DNA of 64,000 bases from Candidatus Krumholzibacteriia bacterium (GTDB lineage: Bacteria; Krumholzibacteriota; Krumholzibacteriia; JAJRXK01). Location of the stretch: the NCBI GenBank assembly GCA_041484665.1, contig JBGPIA010000001.1, positions 736,001 through 800,000 of the forward strand, read 5' to 3'. The notes beneath the pieces were generated by a model. It searched no databases. It had not been told where the DNA came from and worked only from the letters and a program-made list of their open reading frames with translations. Each line of letters begins with the position of its first letter. Position 1 is the stretch's first letter. The translations under genes were made by a program, and so were the position numbers. Below, in pieces: positions 9,183-18,047 of the stretch.

Positions 9183-12176
9183 CTAGCGCACCAGGGCCAT
9201 GCGCCGCAGGGCCGTCCGCCCTGCCGCCTCGGCGCGGGCCACGTACACGCCGCTGGCGACCGCTCTGCCGAGCTCGTCGGTGCCGTCCCAGACCAGCGCG
9301 TGTACGCCGGCCTCGTGGTGACCGCGCAGCAGCGTCTTGATCCGGCGGCCCGCCAGGTCGTACACGGCCACGTCGACGTCCGAGGGCGCCGCCAGCGTCA
9401 GCTCGAGCGTAGTGCGGGGATTGAACGGGTTGGGGATGTTGGGCGACACGGTGATCGCCGCGCGCGACGGCGGCGGCCGATCGCCACCGCGCAGCGTGAG
9501 CTGCGCGGGCAGCGGCGCGCCGGCGGCGTCGCGCACGTCGATCGCCGCGGTCGCAGCTGCCAGGTCGAACCCAGCTGAGGAACTCAGGATCAGCGTCGCC
9601 GCCAGGCCGTCGCGGCCCAGCCGCGTCCCCGGGCCCAGCAGGGCGATGTCCGCCGCGAGCTCGCCGTCGCGCGCGTACGCCTGCGCGAACGGCCGGCCCG
9701 GACCCTCCGTCAGGGCCGGGCCCGGCACCAGCCCCGGCGTGGGGACGGCGCGCGGTCCCGCGGTCAGGCCCACGTGCAGCGCCTTCACCCGGCCGGCGGC
9801 ACCCTCGACCTCGATCGGGATGCGCAGCTCGCCGTCGGCACCGAGCTGCGGCGGGCCGAGCGTGACGTACACGGGGCTCTCCGCCGCGGCCGAGGCGCCC
9901 GCCGCGAGCTTCTCGACCGTGGTGGGCACCGTCTCCAACAGCGGTCCGCCTGGATCGCTCGTCCCGAACGCCAGCGCGAAGGTCACCAGATCGCCGAAGT
10001 CGATCGCGTCGTCGGTGAGCGGGACCCCGCGGCTGGTGCCGTTGTCGGTGGGACCGATGTCGCACTCGGGGTTGAAGCCCGGCTGTCCGTCGTGGGTCCC
10101 GTAGGCGAGGGAAAAGACCGGTAGGTCGTGCACCCCGTTGACCACTCCGTCGTAGGTCTGTGGCACGCCGACTTCGCCCAAGTCGCCCAGCAGGTATGTG
10201 GTTGCCCGCGCGCGGGCAGCGGCGGTGCCGAAGGCGGGGATGCCGGCCGCGCTGTAGGTGTACGCCGCGTAGTAGGCCACGGCACGCGTGGCATTGGTGA
10301 AGCTCGCGTCGACGAAGCTGGTCCCCGTGCCGTCGTAGACCTGGACCCAGCCGTTCGCCAGCGCGTGATCCAACTGGACCTGGTCGGCGGGCGGCGGCAC
10401 CGCGGCCGGGGGATCGCCGAATTCGGGATAGTCGTTGTAGAGCTTGCGCAGCACCTTCACGCCCGCGACCGGCGGTCCGGGAATCCACGAGAGCACGACC
10501 CGATTGTGGCCGGGGACGGCCTGCAGCGCCGCCACGTTGGCCGGCGCCTGGGCCACCGGGATGCTGGCGCTGCCGCTGGTCATGTCCACCGGCGCGCTCT
10601 GCCCGTAACTCGACCAGTAGCTGTAGATCTTGTCGCCGCGGCTTTGGGCGTTGGGGTAACCACGGTCCTTGGGGTCGGGGCCGCTGTGGTTCTCGTCGCG
10701 CAGGAACTCCACGTACTCCCGCGAGGTGGTCTGGTAGCGCAGCATGGCGGTGACCCGCATCGGCCCCGCGATGCCCGCGGGCACCGGGATCGCGTACGTC
10801 ACGTCATCCCAGTGCGGGAGCTGGCCACCCGGCAACGGTACATAGTCGGCGCCGACGGGGGCGGTCTGCGCGTCGGGGACCATGCCGCGCGGCGGGATGC
10901 GGTTGTCCTTGACGATGCGGTTGTTCAGCACGAGGTGGAAGGTCGGCCCCTGCCCCTGCACGCCATGGCGCACTTCGTAGACCCGCAGCTGCGCATCGGC
11001 CACCAGCGTCGCGGTCGCACCGTCGTAGGCGCCCGACTCGAAGAACGGGACGCCGAAGACGTCCTTGGCCACGACGCTGAGCCACATGCGCCGCCCCTCG
11101 GGATAGCCGGTCGGGAGCTTGTGGCCCGTGTTGTTGGTCACGCGCACGGTGACTGCCACGCTGTCGCCAGCCACGGCCTGCGGCGGGACCGTGATCCCCA
11201 ACGTCGCGGCTTGCGTCTGCAGCATGGAGAGCGCCTGGTTGATCGTGTAGGTGTACGCGGCGGTGCGGTTGAGCAGCTGCCCATAGAGTCCGCGGAGGAT
11301 CGCCGGCACGAAGGTGTTCGCCCCGGTGAAGTCATGGCGCGAGATGTCGGACCGGAACGGATTGAAGGAGTTGCAGGCGTAGCCAGCCACCTCCGGCATG
11401 TGGCAGGTTTGGCACTGCTCCCCCTCGGCGGGAAACGCGCTCTGGAGCCACTCGCTGTAGGTCAGCTGCTCGGGGAACTGGAGCCCCGTGGGCTGGCCGT
11501 TGGCATCGAGCAGCTCCACCAGCGGGTTGCGCAGGTCGTGGCAGGCGGCGCAGAACTCGCTGCTCATGTGGTACGGCGAGGACGCGAAGGCGTGGGGGGC
11601 GAACGCGTCGGCGTACGGTCCACGGCGCGGCGGCTGCGCCGCCGGCGTGCCGTCGTCGACGTAGTACTGGCCGTTCTGCTTGAAGGGCGTGCCGCCAGGC
11701 CCCTCGTACGCCCGGTGGCAGAAGGCGCACGAGATCCCTTCGAAGTCGTTGTCCGGCTCGTCGGGATATCCGGTGAGCGCGCTGCCGTTGGGGACGCTGC
11801 TGCGCCCGCCCAGCCAGCCGGCCGGCGAATGGCAGCGGATGCAGAACTCGCCCACGCCGGCGTGGTCCTGGTTGGCCACGTCCAGCGCCGCCCAGAACAG
11901 CGGGTCGCGGGCTGAGTTGGCCATCATCGTGCCGGCCCACGTGTCGAACGGCTCGTAGTCGAGCCCCGCGATGTAGCCGCCGTGGCACGTCTTGCAGTCG
12001 CGCGGGAGCATGCCCCGCACGGCATTGCTGGGATCGGTGAACTCCAGCGGCCAGTTGACCAGCGTCCCCGGTTGGGTGCCCGGCAGCACGATCTGTGCGT
12101 GAGCTGGCGCACCACCCATCGCCAGCCGGGCGGTCAGCGCGAGCGCAAACGCGAGCCTAACCTGCAGGTGTTGCAT
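9183..12176 (-). CDS. Secreted pentaheme cytochrome c fused to FN3-like, dockerin-like, cohesin-like and FlgD-Ig CTD domains
   Basis: Signal peptide AHA|QIV; five CxxCH motifs (CKTCH, CIRCH, CAFCH, CAACH, CQTCH); GHKLPTGYPEGRR; C-terminal PNPFNPRT..WDGTD..SGVY. Confidence 0.85.
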   Translation of the reverse strand: MQHLQVRLAFALALTARLAMGGAPAHAQIVLPGTQPGTLVNWPLEFTDPSNAVRGMLPRDCKTCHGGYIAGLDYEPFDTWAGTMMANSARDPLFWAALDVANQDHAGVGEFCIRCHSPAGWLGGRSSVPNGSALTGYPDEPDNDFEGISCAFCHRAYEGPGGTPFKQNGQYYVDDGTPAAQPPRRGPYADAFAPHAFASSPYHMSSEFCAACHDLRNPLVELLDANGQPTGLQFPEQLTYSEWLQSAFPAEGEQCQTCHMPEVAGYACNSFNPFRSDISRHDFTGANTFVPAILRGLYGQLLNRTAAYTYTINQALSMLQTQAATLGITVPPQAVAGDSVAVTVRVTNNTGHKLPTGYPEGRRMWLSVVAKDVFGVPFFESGAYDGATATLVADAQLRVYEVRHGVQGQGPTFHLVLNNRIVKDNRIPPRGMVPDAQTAPVGADYVPLPGGQLPHWDDVTYAIPVPAGIAGPMRVTAMLRYQTTSREYVEFLRDENHSGPDPKDRGYPNAQSRGDKIYSYWSSYGQSAPVDMTSGSASIPVAQAPANVAALQAVPGHNRVVLSWIPGPPVAGVKVLRKLYNDYPEFGDPPAAVPPPADQVQLDHALANGWVQVYDGTGTSFVDASFTNATRAVAYYAAYTYSAAGIPAFGTAAARARATTYLLGDLGEVGVPQTYDGVVNGVHDLPVFSLAYGTHDGQPGFNPECDIGPTDNGTSRGVPLTDDAIDFGDLVTFALAFGTSDPGGPLLETVPTTVEKLAAGASAAAESPVYVTLGPPQLGADGELRIPIEVEGAAGRVKALHVGLTAGPRAVPTPGLVPGPALTEGPGRPFAQAYARDGELAADIALLGPGTRLGRDGLAATLILSSSAGFDLAAATAAIDVRDAAGAPLPAQLTLRGGDRPPPSRAAITVSPNIPNPFNPRTTLELTLAAPSDVDVAVYDLAGRRIKTLLRGHHEAGVHALVWDGTDELGRAVASGVYVARAEAAGRTALRRMALVR

Positions 12177-12353
12177 GCAGTTGGGGTACGACAGGGGCGC
12201 CGGGGAAACTGGGGTCGGATCCGGATGATGCAACCTCGAGCAATCCCGGGGCCTGTCTGCCCGCAACGCCCGGAAGCCGGCAGACGTGACCCGGACGATG
12301 CAGGAGCTTGAGGAAGCCCGGGGCCCCGAGCGCGGCCGACCAGCAGCGTCAGT

Positions 12354-13106
12354 CTAGCCGCGCTTCAAGGATACCACAGCGCGGCCGGTCGCGGGCGCGC
12401 CAGCCAGTGGTTTCGCAGGCGCGCCGCCAGACGCCGAGACCGCGCGCTGCGCCTCACCGCGGTGGGGGCCCAGGTTGGCCAGCAGTCCCAGGTTGTTCAG
12501 CAACTCCTGGATGCCGTCGTCGGTAGCGGCGTAGTAGCCCCGGATGCGTCCTTCCTGGTCCACGAGCACGAAGCGCTCCCCGTGGACGATGTCGAAGAAT
12601 CCGGTGTCCTCCACCGCGGTCCGCTGCATCGCGATCTTGAAGCCGTCGACAATCGTCGACTGCAGGACGTCCAGCGGCCCGGTCAGGAAGGTCCACATGT
12701 CGTGCCGTGCGTGGTAGCGGTCGGCGTAGGCGCGCAGCACCAGCGGCGTGTCGCGCTGTGGATCCACGCTGAACGAGACCAGGTGGGCGGCGTTGCCGAC
12801 GTTGCGCAGGTGGTACTGGAGGTCCGACATGCGCTGGCTGAGCCGCGGGCAGGCTTCCGCGCAGCTCGTGAAGATGAAATCGGCCACCCACACGTGGCCC
12901 CGCAGGTCAGCCAACCCGAACGGCTTGCCGTCCTGGTCTTGGAGCTGGAAGGCGGGCAGCTGTCCGTAGACGGGCGGCGGAGGCGGCAACTGGCGGCCCA
13001 CCGAGCGGGCGATGGGCAGGGCGAACGCCAGCCCTATGAGCCCCACCCAGAAGAAGCGGTTGCCCGTGAGCCGGAAGGCGAGGCGTTGCACCGTGGTCTT
13101 GAGCAT
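12354..13106 (-). CDS. SCO1/SenC family copper chaperone
   Basis: FIFTSCAEACP (CxxxCP), VDPQRDTP and the conserved His in IVHGERF; N-terminal membrane anchor. Confidence 0.9.
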   Translation of the reverse strand: MLKTTVQRLAFRLTGNRFFWVGLIGLAFALPIARSVGRQLPPPPPVYGQLPAFQLQDQDGKPFGLADLRGHVWVADFIFTSCAEACPRLSQRMSDLQYHLRNVGNAAHLVSFSVDPQRDTPLVLRAYADRYHARHDMWTFLTGPLDVLQSTIVDGFKIAMQRTAVEDTGFFDIVHGERFVLVDQEGRIRGYYAATDDGIQELLNNLGLLANLGPHRGEAQRAVSASGGAPAKPLAGAPATGRAVVSLKRG

Positions 13107-13168
13107 GGGCGTCATCCTCCTCGCGCCGATCCCGGGGGCGCCCGCCACGGGCGACCGCGGTCGGGCCG

Positions 13169-14116
13169 CTATCCCTTTGACTGGCCCTGCGCCGGGGGCG
13201 CCGTCCAGGGCGGCTGGTTGCGCAGCATCGCCTTCAGCTGGAGAGCCTCGGACGTCCCGCGCAGGCGCGCGAGCGAGCGCACGTAGTACGCCAGCGCCCA
13301 CAGCTGCTCGTCAGGAAGCGAGCCCTCCCAGGTCGGCATGGCCGTGCCGCCGATTCCCGCCGCGATCGTCCGGTACAGGTCGGCCAGGTCCGTGCCCGAG
13401 CGGATGCGGTGGAAGGTGAAGTCGGGCGGATAGATCTTTACGCCGTAGTCGCTGTCCTTCAGCTCGGGGGTGTAGATCTTCGCGTCGAGATCGGTGCGCC
13501 CGACTCCGGTGAGCTCCACGCCCGCCGTGTAGATCTCCGGATAGGTGGCGTAGGCCGGGTGGCAGGACAGGCACTGTGCCAGGCCGTGGTAGAGCTTCTT
13601 GCCCAGCGCCACGGCTGCTGCTTCGCGCGCGGGCCCGAAGGGATCCTCCGGAGCCACGATCGGCTTGCCCTTCTCCTCCTGCGGATCGGTCCAGCGCGGT
13701 GAGAACGTCTTGATGTACTGGACCACCGCCTCCAGCCGCCGGTCGGAGATGTCCCACGGCAGCATGGCCGTGCCGTCGAGACCGCGGCGGACGATGCGTT
13801 TGAAATCGTCGTCATTGGGCAGGGAGCCCGACTCCACGGCCACGAACTTGTAGGTGCCCTGCCGGAAGTCCCGCGGCGGAGGCCGCAGCCCTTTGGACGC
13901 CGGGCCCTTGCCGTCGCCATTCACGCCGTGGCAGGCGCGGCAGTACTGCAGGTAGGTGTCGCGGCCGAGGTTCAGCGTCGCCGCCTCGACCTTCACGCCG
14001 CCCAGGGTCACGGGCTCCTTGAAGTGCCGCTGGACGCAGCCGCCCAGCAGCGACGCGGCGGTGAGGGCCAGTGCCGCGCCGGCGGCCCCGAGCAGTGGCG
14101 TGCGCGAGGAGTGCAT
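13169..14116 (-). CDS. Di-heme cytochrome c lipoprotein
   Basis: Lipobox-like LLGGC; CRACH and CLSCH; two GTAM axial-Met motifs; PPPRDF. Confidence 0.85.
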   Translation of the reverse strand: MHSSRTPLLGAAGAALALTAASLLGGCVQRHFKEPVTLGGVKVEAATLNLGRDTYLQYCRACHGVNGDGKGPASKGLRPPPRDFRQGTYKFVAVESGSLPNDDDFKRIVRRGLDGTAMLPWDISDRRLEAVVQYIKTFSPRWTDPQEEKGKPIVAPEDPFGPAREAAAVALGKKLYHGLAQCLSCHPAYATYPEIYTAGVELTGVGRTDLDAKIYTPELKDSDYGVKIYPPDFTFHRIRSGTDLADLYRTIAAGIGGTAMPTWEGSLPDEQLWALAYYVRSLARLRGTSEALQLKAMLRNQPPWTAPPAQGQSKG

Positions 14117-14191
14117 CACGGAGACTGTCCTCTCCCCCCATGGCGGCGCAGTGCTCGGCCGCGACCTGCGGCCGGCCAGCGTGCCACGCGC

Positions 14192-14779
14192 CTAGAGCAC
14201 GAAGATCGCCACGAACATGATGATCCACACCAGGTCCACGAAGTGCCAGTACATCGAAACGGGCTGCACGGGAAGGCGCCCTGTGCCCGCACCGCCGGCC
14301 GCACCGGCGCGCGCCGCCAGCCAGGCCAGCGCCGCGAGCCCGCCCAGCACGTGCAGCGCGTGCAGAACCGTCAGCGCGTAGAAGACCGAGCCGAACACGC
14401 CCTGCGGCACGATCCCGCTGCGCAGCGTGCGCATCCACAGCAGCACCTGCAGCGCTACGAAGCAGGCACCCAGGCCGATCGCCGCCCATGCGCCGCGCGC
14501 CAGAGCGCCGCGCTTTCCGGCGCTCTGCTGCCGCGCGCCGTGCGCCAGCGCGAAGCTGCTCGCGCCCAGCACGAAGGTGTTGGCCAATGCCTGCGCGAGC
14601 GGCAGTGGCCCCGTCCCGGGCGGCGGCCAGACCGGCTGCTGGACGCGCAGCACGACGTAGGCCAAGAACAGGGTGGCAAAGAGCATCAGCCACGACGCCA
14701 GGGCGATCGTCATCCCCACGTAGGAGGTCGCCCGGTCGTCGTCCCGCGCTGGCGCAGGCATGATCGCCGTCATGTGCAT
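14192..14779 (-). CDS. ctaE: Cytochrome c oxidase subunit III
   Basis: FYALTVLHALHV and YWHFVDLVW motifs; five transmembrane segments. Confidence 0.9.
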   Translation of the reverse strand: MHMTAIMPAPARDDDRATSYVGMTIALASWLMLFATLFLAYVVLRVQQPVWPPPGTGPLPLAQALANTFVLGASSFALAHGARQQSAGKRGALARGAWAAIGLGACFVALQVLLWMRTLRSGIVPQGVFGSVFYALTVLHALHVLGGLAALAWLAARAGAAGGAGTGRLPVQPVSMYWHFVDLVWIIMFVAIFVL

Positions 14780-14797
14780 GGGCAGGCCGCTCCAGGA

Positions 14798-16576
14798 TCA
14801 GCTGTGGGCAGGCTGGCTCACCAGCTCCGTGCGCGCGATACGTTCGGCCGCCGGCGGATCGTCCGGCAGGCGTTCGGCCTGGCCGATCCAGTCCTTCGCC
14901 GTTTGCCGCGGATTGTTGAACTCGTGGGGGCCATGGTAGATGACGGGGATCTCCTTGAAGTTGTAATGGGGCACGGGCGTGGGCGTGGACCACTCCAGCG
15001 TCCCGACCTCCCACGGGTTGTCCGTGGCCTTCGCCCCCGCGAAGAAGCTCTTGAAGAAGTTGATGACGAAGAGCAGCTGCACCGCCCCCAGGATCAGAGC
15101 CGCGACGGTGATGAACTTGTTGAGCGGCTCGAGGTGTTGCAGATACGTGTAGACGGAGTGGTTGTAGATGCGCCGGTGCATCCCGGCCCACCCCCCGAAC
15201 AGCATCCCGCAGAACACGAAGTTGATGGGGAAGAAGGATAGCCAGAAGTGCAGCTTGCCGAGCCGCTCGTCCATCATCCGGCCGAACATCTTGGGGAACC
15301 AGTAGTAGATCGCCGCGAAGGAGCCCAGCAGCACCGCGGCTGCCATCGTCAGGTGGAAGTGCCCCACCACGAAGTAGGTATCGTGCAGGTAGAGATCGGT
15401 GCTGATGGAGGCGAGGTAGAGCCCCGTCAGGCCGCCCAGCCCGAACACGAACACCACACCGAGCGAGAACAGCATGGGCACGGTCAGGCGCAGCTTCCCC
15501 TTCCAGATGGTGTGGCACCAGTTGAGGAAGAGCAGCTCGGCGGGCACGCTGATGATCATGGTCAGCAGCATGAAGCTCTGCCCGAGCAATGGGCTCAGGC
15601 CCGTCGAGAACATGTGGTGCCCGTACACGACGGCCGACATGACCGTGATGGCGCCCATGGCGAACACGCTGAGCTTGTAGCCGTAGGCTGGCTTGCGCGC
15701 GAAGAACGCCAGCAGGTCGCCGATCACTCCCCAGGCCGGCAGGATGAGGATGTAGACCTCGGGGTGGCCGAAGATCCAGAACAGGTGCTGGAACAGGACG
15801 GGATCGCCGCCACCGTTGGTCACTGCGGCGCCGGCCGTGAAGAACTGCGTCCCGAACACGCGATCGAAGAACAGCAGCATCATCGCAGCGCCCAGCACGG
15901 GCACGAACAGCGCGTTCAGCACGGCCGTGTACCACATGCCCCACACGGTGAGCGGCATGTCCATGTAGCCCATGCCCGGCGCCCGCAGCCGGATCACGGT
16001 GGTAACGTAGTTCACGGCCCCCATGATCGTGCCCGTTCCGGTGAGGAACACCCCCACCACCCAGAACGTCTGCCCCAGCCCAGGCTGGCCGATCTTGGTA
16101 CTCAACGTGGGATAAGCGGTCCAGCCGCCGGCCGCGGCTCCCTGCGGCACGAACAGCGACACGAACATGACAACGCCCGCCGACAGCGCAAACCAGAACG
16201 AGAGCATGTTCAGCGTCGGGAAGGCCATGTCGCGGGCGCCGATCATGAGTGGGATGCAGAAGTTCCCGAAGCAGCCGATCAGGATCGGCGTGATAGCGAA
16301 GAAGATCATGATCGTGCCGTGCATGGTGAACAGGCTGGCGTAGGCGTCGGGAGGCACCGCTCCGTCGGTGTCCGGGTAGAAGATCTTCCCCACCAGCGGG
16401 ATGGCGTGGCCGGGGTGCGCCACGTTCCAGCGGATGAACATCGCCATCGTCCCGCCCACCAGCAGCCAGAAGAGGCCGAAGAAGAGGAACTGCTTGGCGA
16501 TGACTTTATGGTCCCGGGAGAAGACGTACTTTGCGACGAACGTCGTCGGAGCTGGATGGATGTGATCGTCGCTCAT
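14798..16576 (-). CDS. ctaD: Cytochrome c oxidase subunit I, A1 type
   Basis: DHKVI, TMHGT, GWTAYP, FGHPEVY, GHHMF and VVGHFHL motifs; ATG at 16576 overlaps the ctaC stop. Confidence 0.97.
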   Translation of the reverse strand: MSDDHIHPAPTTFVAKYVFSRDHKVIAKQFLFFGLFWLLVGGTMAMFIRWNVAHPGHAIPLVGKIFYPDTDGAVPPDAYASLFTMHGTIMIFFAITPILIGCFGNFCIPLMIGARDMAFPTLNMLSFWFALSAGVVMFVSLFVPQGAAAGGWTAYPTLSTKIGQPGLGQTFWVVGVFLTGTGTIMGAVNYVTTVIRLRAPGMGYMDMPLTVWGMWYTAVLNALFVPVLGAAMMLLFFDRVFGTQFFTAGAAVTNGGGDPVLFQHLFWIFGHPEVYILILPAWGVIGDLLAFFARKPAYGYKLSVFAMGAITVMSAVVYGHHMFSTGLSPLLGQSFMLLTMIISVPAELLFLNWCHTIWKGKLRLTVPMLFSLGVVFVFGLGGLTGLYLASISTDLYLHDTYFVVGHFHLTMAAAVLLGSFAAIYYWFPKMFGRMMDERLGKLHFWLSFFPINFVFCGMLFGGWAGMHRRIYNHSVYTYLQHLEPLNKFITVAALILGAVQLLFVINFFKSFFAGAKATDNPWEVGTLEWSTPTPVPHYNFKEIPVIYHGPHEFNNPRQTAKDWIGQAERLPDDPPAAERIARTELVSQPAHS

Positions 16577-17430
16577 CGCGTCTTCTCCCATTCCCAGCCC
16601 CAGAGGGCCTCGGCGTCCGTCGGATCGAAGCTCGCGACGGCGAAGCGGGCCGCCTCGGCGTACCAGCGCTCGAAGTCCTCCTGGGCCTCGATGGTCATCG
16701 TCCCCCTCATCTTGTAGTGCTCCAGCCCGCACATCTCGGCGCACACGATCTCGTAGCTGCCGGTCTTCACCGGCGTGAAGGTGTAGCGCGTCACGCGGCC
16801 GGGGTTGGCGTCTTGCTTGGTGCGGACGTTGGGCAAGAAGAAGCTGTGGATCACGTCCTTCGCCTTGAGCTGGACCAATACGCGGCGCCCCACCGGTAGG
16901 TGGAGGTCATTGAGCGTGATGATGTCGTCGCCCGTGTTGAACTGCCCGTCGGCGCCGGCGTAACGGATGTTCCATGCCCACTGCTGCGGCATGATCTCCA
17001 CGCGGAAGACTTCACTGCCATCCGTGAAATTCCAGAAGGCCTGCTTGAGGTCGTAGTAGCTGTGCACCAGCAGCGTCCCGTCCACCACAAAGAAGATCGC
17101 CGCCGAGATGGCGGCCGCGATGAGCAGGTCGCGGACGTGGCCGCCTTGGTGGTGGTAGTTCACCTGGTGCCTGCTCCCGGTGCGATGGGCGAGCATGGGC
17201 CAGAAGAGCAGGAAGCACAGGATCAGGAACAGCACAGCCAACATGATCGTGACCGTGTAGAAGAGCGAGTCGACGCGGTGCCCGTCCAGGGAGATGTCCG
17301 GCGCCGGCTTCATCCAATGGAACGGATCGCGCGCCCCGGTGCCATCGGCGAGCGCCAGCGCGGGCAGGGCGATGATGGGCAGCAGGACCAGGACACCGGC
17401 AAGGTACGCGCGCGCGCGGCCTGTCCTCAT
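16573..17430 (-). CDS. ctaC: Cytochrome c oxidase subunit II (CuA)
   Basis: QQWAW, DVIHSF and CAEMCGLEHYKM CuA motifs; no fused cytochrome c. Confidence 0.95.
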   Translation of the reverse strand: MRTGRARAYLAGVLVLLPIIALPALALADGTGARDPFHWMKPAPDISLDGHRVDSLFYTVTIMLAVLFLILCFLLFWPMLAHRTGSRHQVNYHHQGGHVRDLLIAAAISAAIFFVVDGTLLVHSYYDLKQAFWNFTDGSEVFRVEIMPQQWAWNIRYAGADGQFNTGDDIITLNDLHLPVGRRVLVQLKAKDVIHSFFLPNVRTKQDANPGRVTRYTFTPVKTGSYEIVCAEMCGLEHYKMRGTMTIEAQEDFERWYAEAARFAVASFDPTDAEALWGWEWEKTR

Positions 17431-17753
17431 GGGTGCCTTTCGTCGCGAGCAGCGGCGGAGAGCCCGGTGGGATAGACGAGACGGCCCGCAGCCACCGCCA
17501 CGGGGAGCCCGTCCTCGCTGCGCCTGGTCCGAGCGCGGGTGCGCCGGCGGATCATCAGCACGGCGCCGCCGAACACCCCGAACGGCACGCCGAGGAAGCT
17601 CATGACCACGGGCAGAGTGGTGCGCGCCTTCTGGTCCGACTGGATACACGCCGGACAGGCCAGCGCCAGGCCGGGGCAAAGCAGCAGGGTCAGCAGGCAG
17701 ACGAATAGGGCCGCGCGGCTGCGCGTCGCCACAGAGCATCTCGATGCCGGCAA
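17427..17753 (-). CDS. Small membrane protein with a CxxC motif at the predicted mature N-terminus
   Basis: Signal-like helix ending ALA|CPAC, then one TM helix; stop overlaps the ctaC start (ATGA); start uncertain (TTG 17753 or GTG 17732). Confidence 0.6.
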   Translation of the reverse strand: MPASRCSVATRSRAALFVCLLTLLLCPGLALACPACIQSDQKARTTLPVVMSFLGVPFGVFGGAVLMIRRRTRARTRRSEDGLPVAVAAGRLVYPTGLSAAARDERHP

Positions 17754-17799
17754 GCCTGGGTTCCTTTTTCGACAGCAGGGGGGTAGCTGAGGATGGGCG

Positions 17800-17829
17800 A
17801 ATCTAACCGGCGTCGCGCAGAACTGTCAA
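17800..17829 (-). promoter_or_regulatory. Putative sigma70 promoter of the ctaC-ctaD operon
   Basis: TTGACA-18 nt-TAGATT on the minus strand. Confidence 0.55.
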
Positions 17830-17941
17830 CTCCCGCAGGCCGGCGCGATCAAACCCGGCGAGTGCGGCCCGGGCGGGGCGGCCGGGCGCGGACGCGGCGC
17901 CGCGGGCGCACGGGAATCGTGCCGCTCTCGTGCCGCTGGCG

Positions 17942-17970
17942 TTGACACCGGCACGCTCCTCGCGTAACGA
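17942..17970 (+). promoter_or_regulatory. Putative sigma70 promoter of the divergent ctaE2-ctaF-DUF420 unit
   Basis: TTGACA-17 nt-TAACGA. Confidence 0.45.
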
Positions 17971-18047
17971 TTGCCCGCTGTTGTGGGTGCGCGCCCGCCG
18001 CCCCCGGCGGCTCCCCTAGGCGGAACACGCGCAGAAAGGTAGACGCG

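Noticed and set aside
8215..10488. N-terminal 758 codons of the 2900-aa ORF in the track
   Set aside because: Arg/Gly/Pro-rich shadow frame overlapping two real genes; the real start is GTG 8214 with an RBS and signal peptide
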